Below are positions 49,176 through 61,644 of a stretch of 64,000 nt of DNA, piece by piece. Numbering within the stretch: position 1 is the first letter of the stretch; the number at the start of each line of letters is the position of its first letter. A model generated the notes under the pieces. That model was given only the letters and a program-made list of their open reading frames with translations, had not been told where the DNA came from and did no database searches. The stretch is from positions 2,108,001 through 2,172,000 of the forward strand of contig JAUFOQ010000016.1 in NCBI GenBank assembly GCA_040285855.1. The letters are read 5' to 3'. The position numbers and the translations under genes were made by a program. This DNA comes from Eukaryota sp. GEM-RC1 (lineage: Eukaryota).

Positions 49176-50329
49176 ATTTTTAAAAAATGTTAGGTTTTTT
49201 TGTTTTTGAAAATTAGTGTTAAACTTTATATTTACTCATTTGTTTTTGTGGTGTGTTTTCATTACCTAGACTTAGTCTTTAGGGGAGCTTGATTGTAAGT
49301 TAATTTGAAGTACCATAAATTTTTACAACATTTGTTTGTGCTGTACTTCTGTTATTAAGATGACATTTTATCCAGATTGACATCAAACTGGCACAGTTGC
49401 CGCCTTTGTGTTCTATATTTGTTATATCGTCGAGGTCCTAATACAAGCTTAGTAGAGGGTATGCTTGTATAGTTTCACAAAATAAACTCATAGATTTCTT
49501 TTTACAAAAACTGATCTCTATATAATACCGGAGAGAGTCATTTTGGAATTATATATAGATTTCATTTACTAGTTACATAAGCCCTTAGCCATTATAATTT
49601 GAAAAAAAAAGACTGGAACATCTGATGGACGAGCCTGTAACGCAAGATAAGCTAAACTTCAAGGAAACAATGATATTGAAGTTTGTCAATTTTTACGGCA
49701 ATTATATTTGTTCTATAGACATTAGCTTTAGGGAAGCGTTTGATCTCAAGGTGGTCGATAATTTACCAGATTAACGAAAACCTGGTTTATTTTGGTTTGA
49801 TTAATCTACCTCTCTGTCAGGATTGATCAGCATACTTCAAAAGTAACTGATTGATGTTATTAAGTTTCCATTTCAATGGTAGTGATTTTGTAATGATAAA
49901 AATTTCATTTTTCAAAACAGAAATTCAAAGGACTCTAATACCTAGGCCTTTTTTATTACCACCATATTCAAATTGAGATTAATGGATGTCGCAGCGGTAG
50001 AGATCGAAGTATACACCACCTGTTCTCAGACGATCATTTAAAAAAAATTTAACATCAAAAAGTGCCAAAAATAAATGTAAAATATATTTAATTAAAACAA
50101 AATATAACCCAAATACAAACAAAATATGTATTTGTTCCGTTTGGTGCCTAAGTTCTTTAAATCAATTTTCACAAAGTTGTATAAAGACTGTGGTACTGTT
50201 GACCAGGAATTTTCGGTGTCCAGTGTTTCATAGCTTTTATTATGATATGTATTTTTGTACCCTCCATCAATAAACTGTTCTTTAAATATAGTACTAGTAC
50301 AGAAAGGGATGATCAAATGCATTGTGTGT

Positions 50330-53300
50330 TCATCTATGGAAACTGCGAGAAACTGTACTAGTACTGATTTAAAGAACTTAGGCACCGAACGGAACAAAGA
50401 AAAAATCAAACGGTTATGCCAAATTGATAAGTTAAATCTCTTATTCTGAGTCTTACACATAGATCCAAAATCAGTTAAAAACTTGGAAGCCATTTCACCA
50501 ATACTATCGAAAATAGAAATAGCAAATGGAACAAATACAAATTTTGAATATACATTTTGATTGAGTTTAGCAACATCTTTGGAAGAGAGATGTTTATTCG
50601 GCACCCAATAAGGTAACCTTCCTACAAACTATGAAATTGTAAAAACAAACAAATTATACTAAGATTAAATCCAAACGACTTCATCACCACGCGGTAAAAG
50701 ATTACGTTTATCAACATTAACCTTCACACCAAACTTGTACAATTTCTCAATTAATCTAGAGAAATAGAAAGGCATGTTCCGATATAAGGAAAACACTATA
50801 CGGTTTTTCCATTCAGCCATTCTAAACTTACGCTTCTTTTCTTTACACAATTCATCGAAATCCTTGAAAAATTGATCACCAGCAGGACTAATAGATCCAA
50901 AAGAGAAACAGCAAAAGGTTGAAACACAAATTTGGAATATGAGTTTCTATTTAATTCTTCTACTTGAGAGTCATACTTGGAGTGTTTGAGCTTTTCAGCT
51001 GCTGTTAATGGATTAAAAGAAGAATCTAATATCCTACTAACACAAGATTTGTTACATACATCTACTGTAGTAAAATCCATAAATGATTGACTCGACTTAA
51101 GCCACGGAGTATGTAGATCCCCTCTTTTTGATCAGTAAATTCATTTTCTGAAAGATGATTCAAAACTGGTTCAACTTTAGAGTGAAAACCATGTGCTTTA
51201 AACATGGAATAACAAGAATCACGTACACCATCATGAATTACTGCACGGAGATGAATAAAATAACGACAATTAATTAAATGACGAAAAACACCATTAGCTG
51301 CACAAGAGCACGTTGAATAGTTTAAAAAATTTGCAGGCCAAATAGCCAAACGAAGACGCATATTGATCATCCAAGCTTCATCAGATAGATGTAATCCATA
51401 CACCTTTGGAATTTGAGAAATAAATCCAGAAGGACCACTATTACAAAGATCGATTAAAAAAGCAGCGAACTCGGGACTATTAGTTTTAGCCAAGCTAATA
51501 CGATTATTAAAGTCCAAGAGTTCAAACTCCTTGTCAATTTATTTTGCAGCTTACATACAGCAGACGGTACAGATGAAATATTTTTAAAGGAGTCTCCTTC
51601 AAATGAGCAGGGAACAAAGATTCCCACATTTCAGGAGACAAAGATGATACCAAATCTTTAGCAGATTGAATCCAACGGCAATTACTGGAATTCAACAGAT
51701 TGATTCCATCCAAGGGAAACCGTTTCAAAAATTCAAACATAAAATTCTTAACACCTCCTAAAAGAGCAGATTTTCTAATGATTTTTGCATGGGTGAAACC
51801 TACTCCTGCGACTTCAGAAGAATAAAAAGCATGAAATGGAATCTTAGACTCATCAATTTCAGCCAAGTTAGAGAGAAAATTTGTTCTAATAGAATTAAAT
51901 TTCTTGGCAAATGTTTCAGTAAGGGAATAGTCTAATGAACGTAGAAAATGATTAATTTTCCCGGAAAAACAGAAAACAAATCAATTTTACGTTTTTCAGC
52001 TGTTTCTAGGTGATTAAAACCTTTTGAATTCAAGCCATTAACATAAGTTTGAGCACATGGATCTACTGTTGTAACATCAAGGATAATTTGACTAGAATCA
52101 ACAAAAGGACCATGTAAGTCATCTCGACGAGAATTATTAATTAAATCAAGACCCAACTTACTAAATAAAGGTTCAACTTTGGCATGAAATCCATGAGCCT
52201 TAAACATTTCAAATGTAACATCTCTTACAGCATTATGAAGAACTGAGCGAAATTGAATAAATTTGGGGCATTTAATTACACGTCTAAAAGTTGCACTGCG
52301 ACGATGGTTACAAATGCACTCAGAATTGTCCAGCAATTCTGTAGGAAACAAACCTAAACGCAATCGCATCTTTAATTTCCAAGCCTCATCAGACAAATGC
52401 AAACCAAAAGGACATGGTTGTTGAGTGATCAAACAAGTTCAATTCTTAATATCATTTAAGAAAGCAGCAAAAACGGGATTATTAATTTTAGTAATACTAA
52501 AACGATTTTCAAAATCCAGGTTGTCAAATGCCTTCAAAAGCTTATTCTGAAGTTTGACCACACATAAAGGGAGAGACAATGGAGATTTTTCAGGAATACT
52601 GGGTAAATGAGAATGAAAACAGCTATTCCAAATATCCAAATCCAAATCGTTAATAACTGAGACTAACGAAACTAACCAAGGAGTAGACTGAATGAGATTT
52701 TCAGTAAACGAAAAGCCGTATCTGGATTTAAATTCAAATAGAAAATTCTTCATTCCACCAATAAACGCACTTTTGGTTAAGTATGAAGCTCATGAAAAAC
52801 CCACACCGCCAAAATTAGCTGATGAAAACGCGTGATAAGGCAATTTCGAGTCATTAACATCTACAAGATCACTTAAGAACTTAGTTCTCAAAGAGTTAAA
52901 TTTGCTGGCTAAATCAATAGTAAGTTCAGGATTGACTGAGCGCAAAAAGTGATTGATTTTGGACGCAAAACAAGTCGTCAATAGGGAAAAAGAAATATGT
53001 TTACCAATTTTCAGCTCACCAATCTGTTTAAGCTTCACCGAAATTTGTTCGATGAATTATCCACCTTCAAACGTAATTGATCGCCATTACCAATGAAAGT
53101 ACCCAAAAACTTAATAGCATCGACACTATAATTGGAAAACGGAATAGTATGCCCTTCAACAATGAACTCAAAAGGTGATGAACCGATCAGAAAACATTTT
53201 TCATAATTCAACTGAAGACCAATCTCATTAGAGAGCTCTATAAATACTGGAAAAGCTGATAATAAATCATCAATAGATCCAACTAAAGAAGCATCATCAG

Positions 53301-53450
53301 CATAAGCACACAAATTCAAAGAAGGGAACTTCCTTTGAAACTTACGAAAAATTGACTACAAAGCCACACAAAATAAAAATGGACCAAGAGGGTCGCCTTG
53401 TTTGACTCCACGTTGGGAAACCAGATTATCAGAATTATAAATTAGATGAA
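50330..53450 (-). mobile_element. CRE-like RT-REL retrotransposon (53450-~51970 plus ~50590-50330) interrupted by a second CRE-like copy (~50594-51940)
   Basis: GVKQGDPLGP, AYADD, GGVGF and REL ..LETAEKRKIDLF resume as SKDVAKLNQNVYSKFVFVPFAISIF. The inner copy has its own REL and a 3' UTR matching 78-520. Confidence 0.85.
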
Positions 53451-54027
53451 AAGTTAGATGAAAAAAAATTGTTTTATTTTGTTGTAAATGTATTTGCATG
53501 TTCGTGAAAAATTGTCAAAAATACAAAAAATGTAAATAAAGTATACTGAATTGTAAATACATGTAGTATGTATTACTTCACTGTTGCAAATATACTCTAA
53601 ATAACATAAATCAATAGAAATTAAATATATTTATGAGGAGCCCTGGTATACATCATAAACCAATAAAATAAAATTAACAATGCGTTCTAAACTGTCTACA
53701 TGTACTACACCCGTTGGATAGATTCTAAAACGAGGGTGGCACTAAATCGAGGAAAGATTGTACAGTCTGGATCAGTTCGATGACGTCATCTACCTGGTCC
53801 AGACCAACTCCAAATTATTAAAACACATTCCTACATGTCAAGGACTTGTAGACTTCATCTTCATTTGTGGATCACAACGTATTTTGAAAAAATAATCGCG
53901 AATAATGCAACAGTCCCGAAAATTCCATTCATACAGAATTAACTGAACATCGGCGGTTATAAACAGGTATAATAAGAGACATAAGATACAAGATTTTTAA
54001 AAGAAAACTACAAGGACTAACTGTGCT

Positions 54028-54511
54028 CTAATTGGTCAAGATTTTCTTGAATTCCTCAAAGTCTATATAACCTGAAATAAGAAGAAGATGGAAACAAACC
54101 ATCACTGTTTGTGTCTGCTGCTGAGAACATATCCCGCAGTTCTTTGTCTGTCATATCGGTGCCAATGGCATCCATCATAGATTTTAGCTCTCCTATTTCG
54201 ATTTTTCCATCAGAATTCTTGTCAAAAGAGAGGAAGGCATCATAGAGTTCATCATCAGGTTCAGAGGTTTCAATAGCAGCATTCATAAGACAACAGAATT
54301 CGTCAAAGTCGATGACGCCTAAAAATTAGATATGTGATAAGTCATTACCGTTGGAGTCAAGGTCAACGGCTTGCATCATGGAGTTAAGCTCATCATGAGA
54401 GGGGTTCATGCCCAAGGAAATCATAACCTCCTTCAGTTCATCAAGTTCAATGACTCCGTTAGAGTCTTTATCAAAGAGGTTGAAAGCTTCGCGAAGATCA
54501 GCGAGAGACAT
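54028..54511 (-). CDS. Calmodulin-like EF-hand protein; complement(join(54028..54071,54100..54318,54349..54511)), 141 aa
   Basis: Four EF-hands (DKDSNGVIELDE, DLDSNGVIDFDE, DKNSDGKIEIGE, DTNSDGYIDFEE) after removing 30- and 28-nt GT-AG introns. Confidence 0.92.
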
Positions 54512-54557
54512 TTGGGAGAGGTTCTACTCGATTTTACAACGTCAGAATCCGTCTCGA

Positions 54558-55816
54558 ATGGATTCTGTCCAGCTCGCTTCTTCTATAACTCGTCTGCTGC
54601 ACATCCCTGTTGAGTTCTCTTCTCTTAATGATTTTTCTTCCAGTTTTTGTGTTGTTGTTTTAGAGCGCTTGTTCCACACACAGTTATCATCTGTACATAG
54701 ACCACCTAAATCTCAACATGACCATCTTCATAATTTCAAACAGGTTCTATCGTTTCTGTCTTCATCGCTGCATATTAATGTTAGCCATCTTAGTCCACAT
54801 AAACTTCTTGCCCATGATGAAGAGCACATATCAAGCATTATTGCTGTTCTGTCTGCACTTTCAGGGGTGTTCAGGCAATCACCATCTCCCGATCCTTCTT
54901 CTACGTCTCCTTCTTCTTCTTCTACGTCTCCAATGTTCCAGGAGAGCAAGCAGCATTTGGACCATTTAAAACTAATTGAACAATCTCTCAAACATCATCC
55001 TCCACGTGATTCTACTTCCCTACACAGACCACCCCCTCCACATTCTCGAGTACCTGTTAAGAGACGAGTATTGAACAAGTCAAAAGTGAAACCTACAAGA
55101 AAACAGAGCGGCAGTGTTCAAAAACCAGTGAAACCTTCTACAACTGGAGTTATCAATCCTAGACTTTCAAGGACTTTGTTTGAGTACAGTCAGTTATCAA
55201 AACTGGTAGAAGATGGTCCTCAATCAAAAAGATTGAATCAGAACTCAGTCACATTCTTGCTTCTTTAGATAGAGTGACGTCAACTTCTCAATCAATTCAA
55301 AAAGCAGCTGAGCGAAGGGTAGCCCATTTAAAGAATGTTTCAGAAAAAGCCAAAGCTCTACAACCACCGACTTCAAAGTTCGACGTTCACAATGTTATTG
55401 ATTCCACTGTAAATACCAACACAAACCTTTCAGTTCCTCAGAATCTATTCATTAAACAGCTCAGAAAATCTAGAGTGATAGAACGTCGTTTCAAGCATGA
55501 AGAAGATGCTTTAAAGAGAGAACTGAACCAAAAGGCTAGAGAAGCTGTTCAAAGAGCAGGTGCTTCAGTTGAAACGCAGCTTGCTAGGACTTTTGAAGTT
55601 ATTAAGGAGGGTCTTGAGACTAATTATGAGGATTTAAAACACAAAACAAGGCAGGAGCAATTAGAGATTTATCGAATAGAGAGGGAACGTAGGGAGAAGT
55701 TGAAGGATATGAGCAGGATAATGAATGAGCAGTTGCATCAGTTTGAAGAAAAGAACAAGAATGCTGTGAGACGGTTGGCTTCTGTCCAAATGAAGTCAAT
55801 GTTGTATGATAAATGA
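54558..55816 (+). CDS. CEP95-like centrosomal coiled-coil protein (indel at A5 ~55226-55230)
   Basis: N-terminal FKQVLSFLSSSLHINVSHLSPHKLLAHDEEHISSII resembles the CEP95 N-terminal domain; C-terminal coiled coil; one added A joins the two ORFs. Confidence 0.6.
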
Positions 55817-56347
55817 ATTTGGAGTCGTTGTTTTATTGATTTTACATCGAAATTTGATAAATTTATATGGTATATTAAATATACTTTTGGTAATATTGGT
55901 CCAGCCGGTTTAAAGTTTTGGTAATGGTTATACTAGTAAGTTTGAAAAATTTCAGTTCCAATTTGTTCAGCTATGAGTTACAAGTACACCACACGTTTGC
56001 GGTTATTACAGTCTGAAGCAGGTTACACCAACGCAGCATCTAAACGAATACTAGAATATTCAATCACAATTCTGATGTATTGTATTCAAAAATTGGCAAA
56101 TGACAATTAGCACATAGTGAGTGCTTTAACATACTTCGCACTGAGTGCAATTGGTAACTTAGCGTAAATGTTATAACAAAATGTGCTTCAAGAAATGGAC
56201 GGCTAATGCTTGCTTAATTAAACGCTGCTTGCAATATCCTAAGAATAACTAAATTTGTACCATCCAAAAGGTGTCTAGTTTTCTCTTAATAGAACCAATG
56301 TTTATTTTTCTAATATAAGATATTAGTATAATTGACAGTTACTACTA

Positions 56348-58238
56348 CAGTATTCAGAGTATTTAGTCTGGATAAACAATTAGTCTGGACTTTAATTAGT
56401 CTGGTCCAGACTAATTCATGTTTAAATCTCTTTCAAAAGGTCATTTTTAAACAACAATTAGTCTGGTTTTCACAATAAAGTGCAAATACACTACACTACA
56501 AAGATACATATGTATTCAGGGACTGTCAAAAATATATTGCAATATATTGCAGGGCCAAAAAGATTTGCAATACAGTATTGCAATACTGCAATATATTGCA
56601 ATAATTGGAAGCAATATAAATATTGTTGAGTAAATTATTTATTGTACTAATTCCATCAATAAGTCATAAGATCATCATTAGGCATCATCCAAGTTGACTA
56701 GTTTCTGACTGACCATCTTGCGAACCAAACTAATGTCCCAAAACTCTCTGTTCACAGAAAGAAATAGTTGATTGGCAAGTCTTCGATCAGATAAGTTGTG
56801 TCGTGACATCCCTTGCGCCATTCGAGCTTTATTCAAAAGTCGTTCTACTGCATTTGAAGTTGTTGGGATGAACTTTAAATTGCAGTAACCTACTGTTTCA
56901 CCTCTCATTCGAGTAAAGACATCTTGAACAGAGGAAACAGGTCCAGGTCGTTCATCAATTTCTTCCTCTTCATCATCATCACTATCACTACTCACATTAT
57001 TTATTATTACTTTACCATCTAAAGATGACGACAATCGAGATTGACCAGCAACTATTTCAATTTCATGTTCTTTAAAACACTTAACCATAACTTCTTCCTC
57101 ATCTGTAAGACTCAACCCTTCATTCTTCAAGATTTTCAGCACTGCTGATTTGAAGATGAATTGGTTGGGTGGACATCGTGGAGCATCTACTGCGGGATAC
57201 ACGAGCTGTTTTTTCATCTCTTGATTTGCATTATATTGGCAAAATACGAGCATTGTTGATTTAAACAAATGCTCAGCATCCAATGAATTAGAATTCTCCT
57301 TTTGCAGTTGAAGACTGACAAATTGTAATTCCTTCATATGATGCATTAATAGAGTAATCCTCGTTTCTTCAGCGAAACTTGGAAGTAAATCAATCAGTTC
57401 ATCGTCTTCAACCTCATTGAGCATGTGGTCGATGGGCAATTTAAGTTCTAATAATCTTTTTATTAAAAAAAAGTTTTTAACATGTCATGAGTTGAATACC
57501 ATCTAGTAACATTACGTTGCTTTGGAGCTAACTTTGTGTAATTTCGGAGATTGGTAATTCGTGTCGGTTCTCTGAGAAGTTTCATCACCCGATCCAATAA
57601 ATCATCAGAGAAAAAATTGGTTTAAAAATATTGTTCAAAATTGAAATTATTGCAATATATTGCAATACAAAATGAGGCTGCAATACAGTATTGCAATACA
57701 CAATACACAGTATTGCAATTATTGCAAAAGTGCAATATATTTTTGACAGTCCCTGTATGTATTACAAAAAGAACTTTGATAGTTAGTGGACTGTGGTATC
57801 AGGTTTGAAAGCTACAGAACCCAGGAAAATACAACTTCTTGGAATTGGTAGAAGAAACTTTGAGAGAAGAAAACGGTTAAAGAGATGAAAGATGATTAAC
57901 ATATGCTCGTATAGCAATGATTCTTTGTGGATTGTCGTTAAAGACTAACGGAATGTGGGAAACGAGACAGTTGCAAGCATTCATAGCCAATTATCCAGAA
58001 GAATTTGAAGGAATGTTGCCAGACATTGTTTCTGACAGTGATTGGGTTTAAGGTAGATATAGTTAAATGTTTCATAGTTTTTCTGATACTACAAGTTGTA
58101 AAAAGTTGATCCAGATTAATTCTTTTTTATATTCAATAGTCTGGACTTAAATTAGTCTGGACCAGACTAATTAAAGTTTTTAGCAATAAATATCACACTA
58201 AAAATTAGTCTGGTCCAGACTAAATACTCTGAATACTG
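56348..58238 (+). mobile_element. Tc1/mariner-superfamily (pogo-like) deleted element
   Basis: TA-flanked TIRs cagtattcagagtatttagtctgga / tccagactaaatactctgaatactg, subterminal attagtctgg repeats and a transposase-like C-terminal remnant AMILCGLSLKTNGMWETRQLQ (~57915-57980). Confidence 0.8.
56517..57755 (-). mobile_element. hAT element with partial transposase, nested in the pogo-like element
   Basis: TIR cagggactgtcaaaaatatattgca / tgcaatatatttttgacagtccctg, perfect 8-bp TSD tatgtatt and ORF 56678-57439 with FIPTTSNAVERL..LFLSVNREFW. Confidence 0.93.
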
Positions 58239-58881
58239 TAGTTCAGTATGTAGGATATAAGAAAAACCGATTTATGTGCGGAGAAAGACACACAACAAGA
58301 AAACAACAAACAAATAAACACTATTAAAGAAAATTATCAAACGAACTACCTAATTCCGAAAAGCAGTTGCCTCCAAACAACTTTGACATGATGGGATCAA
58401 CATATCTATTCATAGACCTAAACATCGATTATAATAGGATATTGTCTACAACTAGTAGAATACTTTTTATCAAAAATGGGGATTATGCGAATGACGGCAA
58501 ACGAAGTCGTCTATGATGTGCAAGTGATACAACAAGAATTTGAGAAATATCGAAGAGAGCTTAGATTATTACTAGTAGTATTGATTTACTACTGTTTGAG
58601 ATGGTGTATACATAACTGTTATTTGTTTGTTCAAGCCAGCAAAAAGACAATCATTAAATAAACCTTTCTTCTTTGATTAAGTTTGGTTGCTCATTAATGA
58701 TACAGCTCTATTTTAGACTGTTATGATTAAACAACTTTCCCAATCAAAAGAATAGAAATGATACCAACATTTATGATACACAATTGACAAACAAACAAAA
58801 GAACTGATTCGTCTCTACAACAAGTACATTAGTGTAATAATGCACTTGACCGGCTCCTCAGTTATACCGGAAAAAAAATCT

Positions 58882-59724
58882 CTATACTGGTCTACGTCTG
58901 TGTGGCTTATGTGCTCTTCGTAGTTGCGTTGGTGCGGCAGCATCACTGCGATTAGGAGATCGAACCTGAACCTGATGATTAAGGGGAGTAGCAGGGGAAA
59001 TTTGCTGTTGAACTTCTGCAATCAATAGAATTGCAGGTAATAGGTTCAGTTCGGATAGAGTGGAGTTGTAATCAGATAGCTCCGTTCTTGGGGGCCTAAA
59101 GAACTTTACAGGACCAGAAAGCGCAGTAGTTGAAAGGAACCAACTCCTAATGTTTCTGAGTGTAGAGTTTGCCGGAAACTCATGTCTGACAACATCTCCA
59201 TTGTAGCGTATCTGTACCTTGCAATTCTGGGCGGTATAAACGGGAGGCGAAGTTGGTTGCGAAGGATCTTCCTTGGGAGGTAATCCTCTCTCCTTTCTTA
59301 TGCGATTTTCACGCTCACGGTGAGCTTCCTCTTTCATACGCTTGAGATACTCACGGTCAGCAGCTCTTTCAGCTTTCTGTTCTCGCAATTCTTTTTGTCT
59401 GAGTTGTGATTTGATGGATGACTCCCACTCCCTCATTGAGGGAATTTCTTCTAGTTTTTTGAGCTCGTTTGCTTGTTGTTGAGCAACTTGTTCACGTCTA
59501 TGAGATTCATAACGCTCACGGTGTATGTTTGGTAGCGGAGAGGAACTTATGGGTAGATTGTTGTTTACAGGAGAGGCATTAATAGGTTGAGAACAGAGGG
59601 GACAACTGTTGCCCCGTCTGCTGAGAAGAATTTCAAGACACTGAGGACAAAAGGAGTGTCCACATCGAAGTACTGTTCTATTTTCCTTAGTTGTTCCATG
59701 TAAGTGACAAAATAGGGAAGACAT
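58882..59724 (-). CDS. RING finger plus UBX domain protein (C-terminus possibly frameshifted)
   Basis: CGHSFCPQC..CPLC RING, coiled coil, then CKVQIRYNG..HEFPANSTL..PPR..TLSELNLLPA UBX. Confidence 0.85.
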   Translation of the reverse strand: MSSLFCHLHGTTKENRTVLRCGHSFCPQCLEILLSRRGNSCPLCSQPINASPVNNNLPISSSPLPNIHRERYESHRREQVAQQQANELKKLEEIPSMREWESSIKSQLRQKELREQKAERAADREYLKRMKEEAHRERENRIRKERGLPPKEDPSQPTSPPVYTAQNCKVQIRYNGDVVRHEFPANSTLRNIRSWFLSTTALSGPVKFFRPPRTELSDYNSTLSELNLLPAILLIAEVQQQISPATPLNHQVQVRSPNRSDAAAPTQLRRAHKPHRRRPV

Positions 59725-60047
59725 TTGTTCAAAAAATTGTGTTTTTAAACATACTTTTCAATTACTGGGTGGTTGGATCAGGAATTCCTAGAATTCCTAC
59801 AATTACGATTACTGCAGTAATTCGTACAATTACCAGAGATTTTCTGCGGAAAAATGAACTTCCGGTTCTGATTTCGATTTCTATTCACACGATTTTTGCA
59901 AAGTGACAAAACAAACCATATATATATGGAAATCCCTCTCAAACATGTAGCACAAGTTGGAAATTGTGGTTCCGTACTTCGACTGCAAAACAAGTTTATT
60001 TTATACCCAAATACTCAATGTGGATAACACACTTTTTTGTTTGAGAC

Positions 60048-61046
60048 CATAGTTCAGATATACACGGGTTTGATTTTTCATATACTGTATATACACAATA
60101 TACATATACATTTGTATATACTGTGATATACACTAAGTAACAATTGTATATACAGTTCATACACACATACATCAACAAATACATATATATTAACTACTTT
60201 ATTCAACAACAAGTCTAATCGTCAACCACAAAACGTTTAACAGTCTTTTTTTGTATTCTTTCTTCTTTTTACACCTGCATCTTTGGACACAGTTACCATG
60301 GTCACATCCTTCTTCATTTCCGAACAGCAACCAGATAATCCGTCATCATCACTTACCGTAATCTCTTCACTGTCGTCTTCAACATTGATTTTTGGCACCT
60401 CTTCGAACGCTTCGTTTAAGTCAAATTAATATTTACAAGAACTGAGGTTAATAAGTGAAATATCATTTGGAAATCGATTAACAAATTCAAAAATGAAATT
60501 TTTCCGCCCCTAAAAAAGCAGATTTACAAAGCTTTGACGATTTAGTAAAATCAATACCACCAAAATGAGCAGAAGTAAACAAGTGACTTCTAAGTAACGT
60601 TGAATCAACTTCTAACAATGAAGCAAAAAATATAATCCTCAACTCGTTAAAAGATCTAGAAAAATTCACAGCGCTTGAAGGAGCTGTAGATCTAAAAAGA
60701 TGTGTGATTTTTGCGGAATAGCAAATTTTTAAAATATACAACTTAATGTGGTTTTCTATGCCATATAAAGAAATTTTGTTGAGTTCTGGGAGTATTTAGA
60801 CTAGCCCATTTCAAAAGGTCATTACTTATTTGCTTAATGACCTGAATCTTTGTCCTTGACAATGGACTAATACAGTCTGGTCATCCAGTAGACTCTGACA
60901 AGTTCATAAACCTTTGTATAACAAGTAACTGAACTCATATACAAATATACACCGTTAACCAACATCTTGGGGATTTTTATATACACTGTATATACAGATT
61001 TTCTGTATATACAGTATATACAGTGTATATGTACATCTGAACTATG
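60048..61046. mobile_element. Non-autonomous hAT element carrying retrotransposon and pogo fragments
   Basis: TIR catagttcagat(a/g)tac, perfect 8-bp TSD tttgagac (60040-60047, 61047-61054) and TATAC repeats. Internal 60408-60787 is homologous to ~25478-25858. Confidence 0.88.
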
Positions 61047-61644
61047 TTTGAGACTATAACATACAGATACTTTGGGAAACTTCTATATAAGGAATAAACA
61101 ATGCGATTACGCCAAAGAGACTGATTAATTTTTTTTTTGAAAAGGCATCAAAGAAATTTTCAGCAGCAAATCCAACATTATCACGAATTGAAATAGCAAA
61201 AGGAATGAACGTAATGAAATATTTGCGAGGGAAACATCAACCACAAGTACTGATTCTAGTGGCGATCGACAAGCAACTCTTTTTCTTGATAAGTTATGGG
61301 TTGTGAAACTACTGGTTCCAACATAACAAGGGCACTAGAGTCGATTGTTGTCACGATGATTGTCGTACTACAATTTGATGATTTCAGACAATAACACACA
61401 CCTTCTGCGGAATATGCTGAATTTTTGATATTAAAAACATGTAAGGATCCGCCAAATAGGAAGACTTCTGGTAACAAACTATCATTACATAGCGTCCAAG
61501 ATTTACAAACGCCGAAGCCAAGTTGCTTTGAAGTGAGAGATCTTTATAGAAATGGTCTACAGTACTAGAAAAAGCAGAAACAAGAGGAAAGATGCGTCTT
61601 TGATACACGTCTTTGACTTTCGGACTTTCATTTTGTTCAATTCG

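Noticed and set aside
49985..50035. tRNA-like TTCGA arm on the minus strand
   Set aside because: No acceptor-stem partner or D-arm can be formed.
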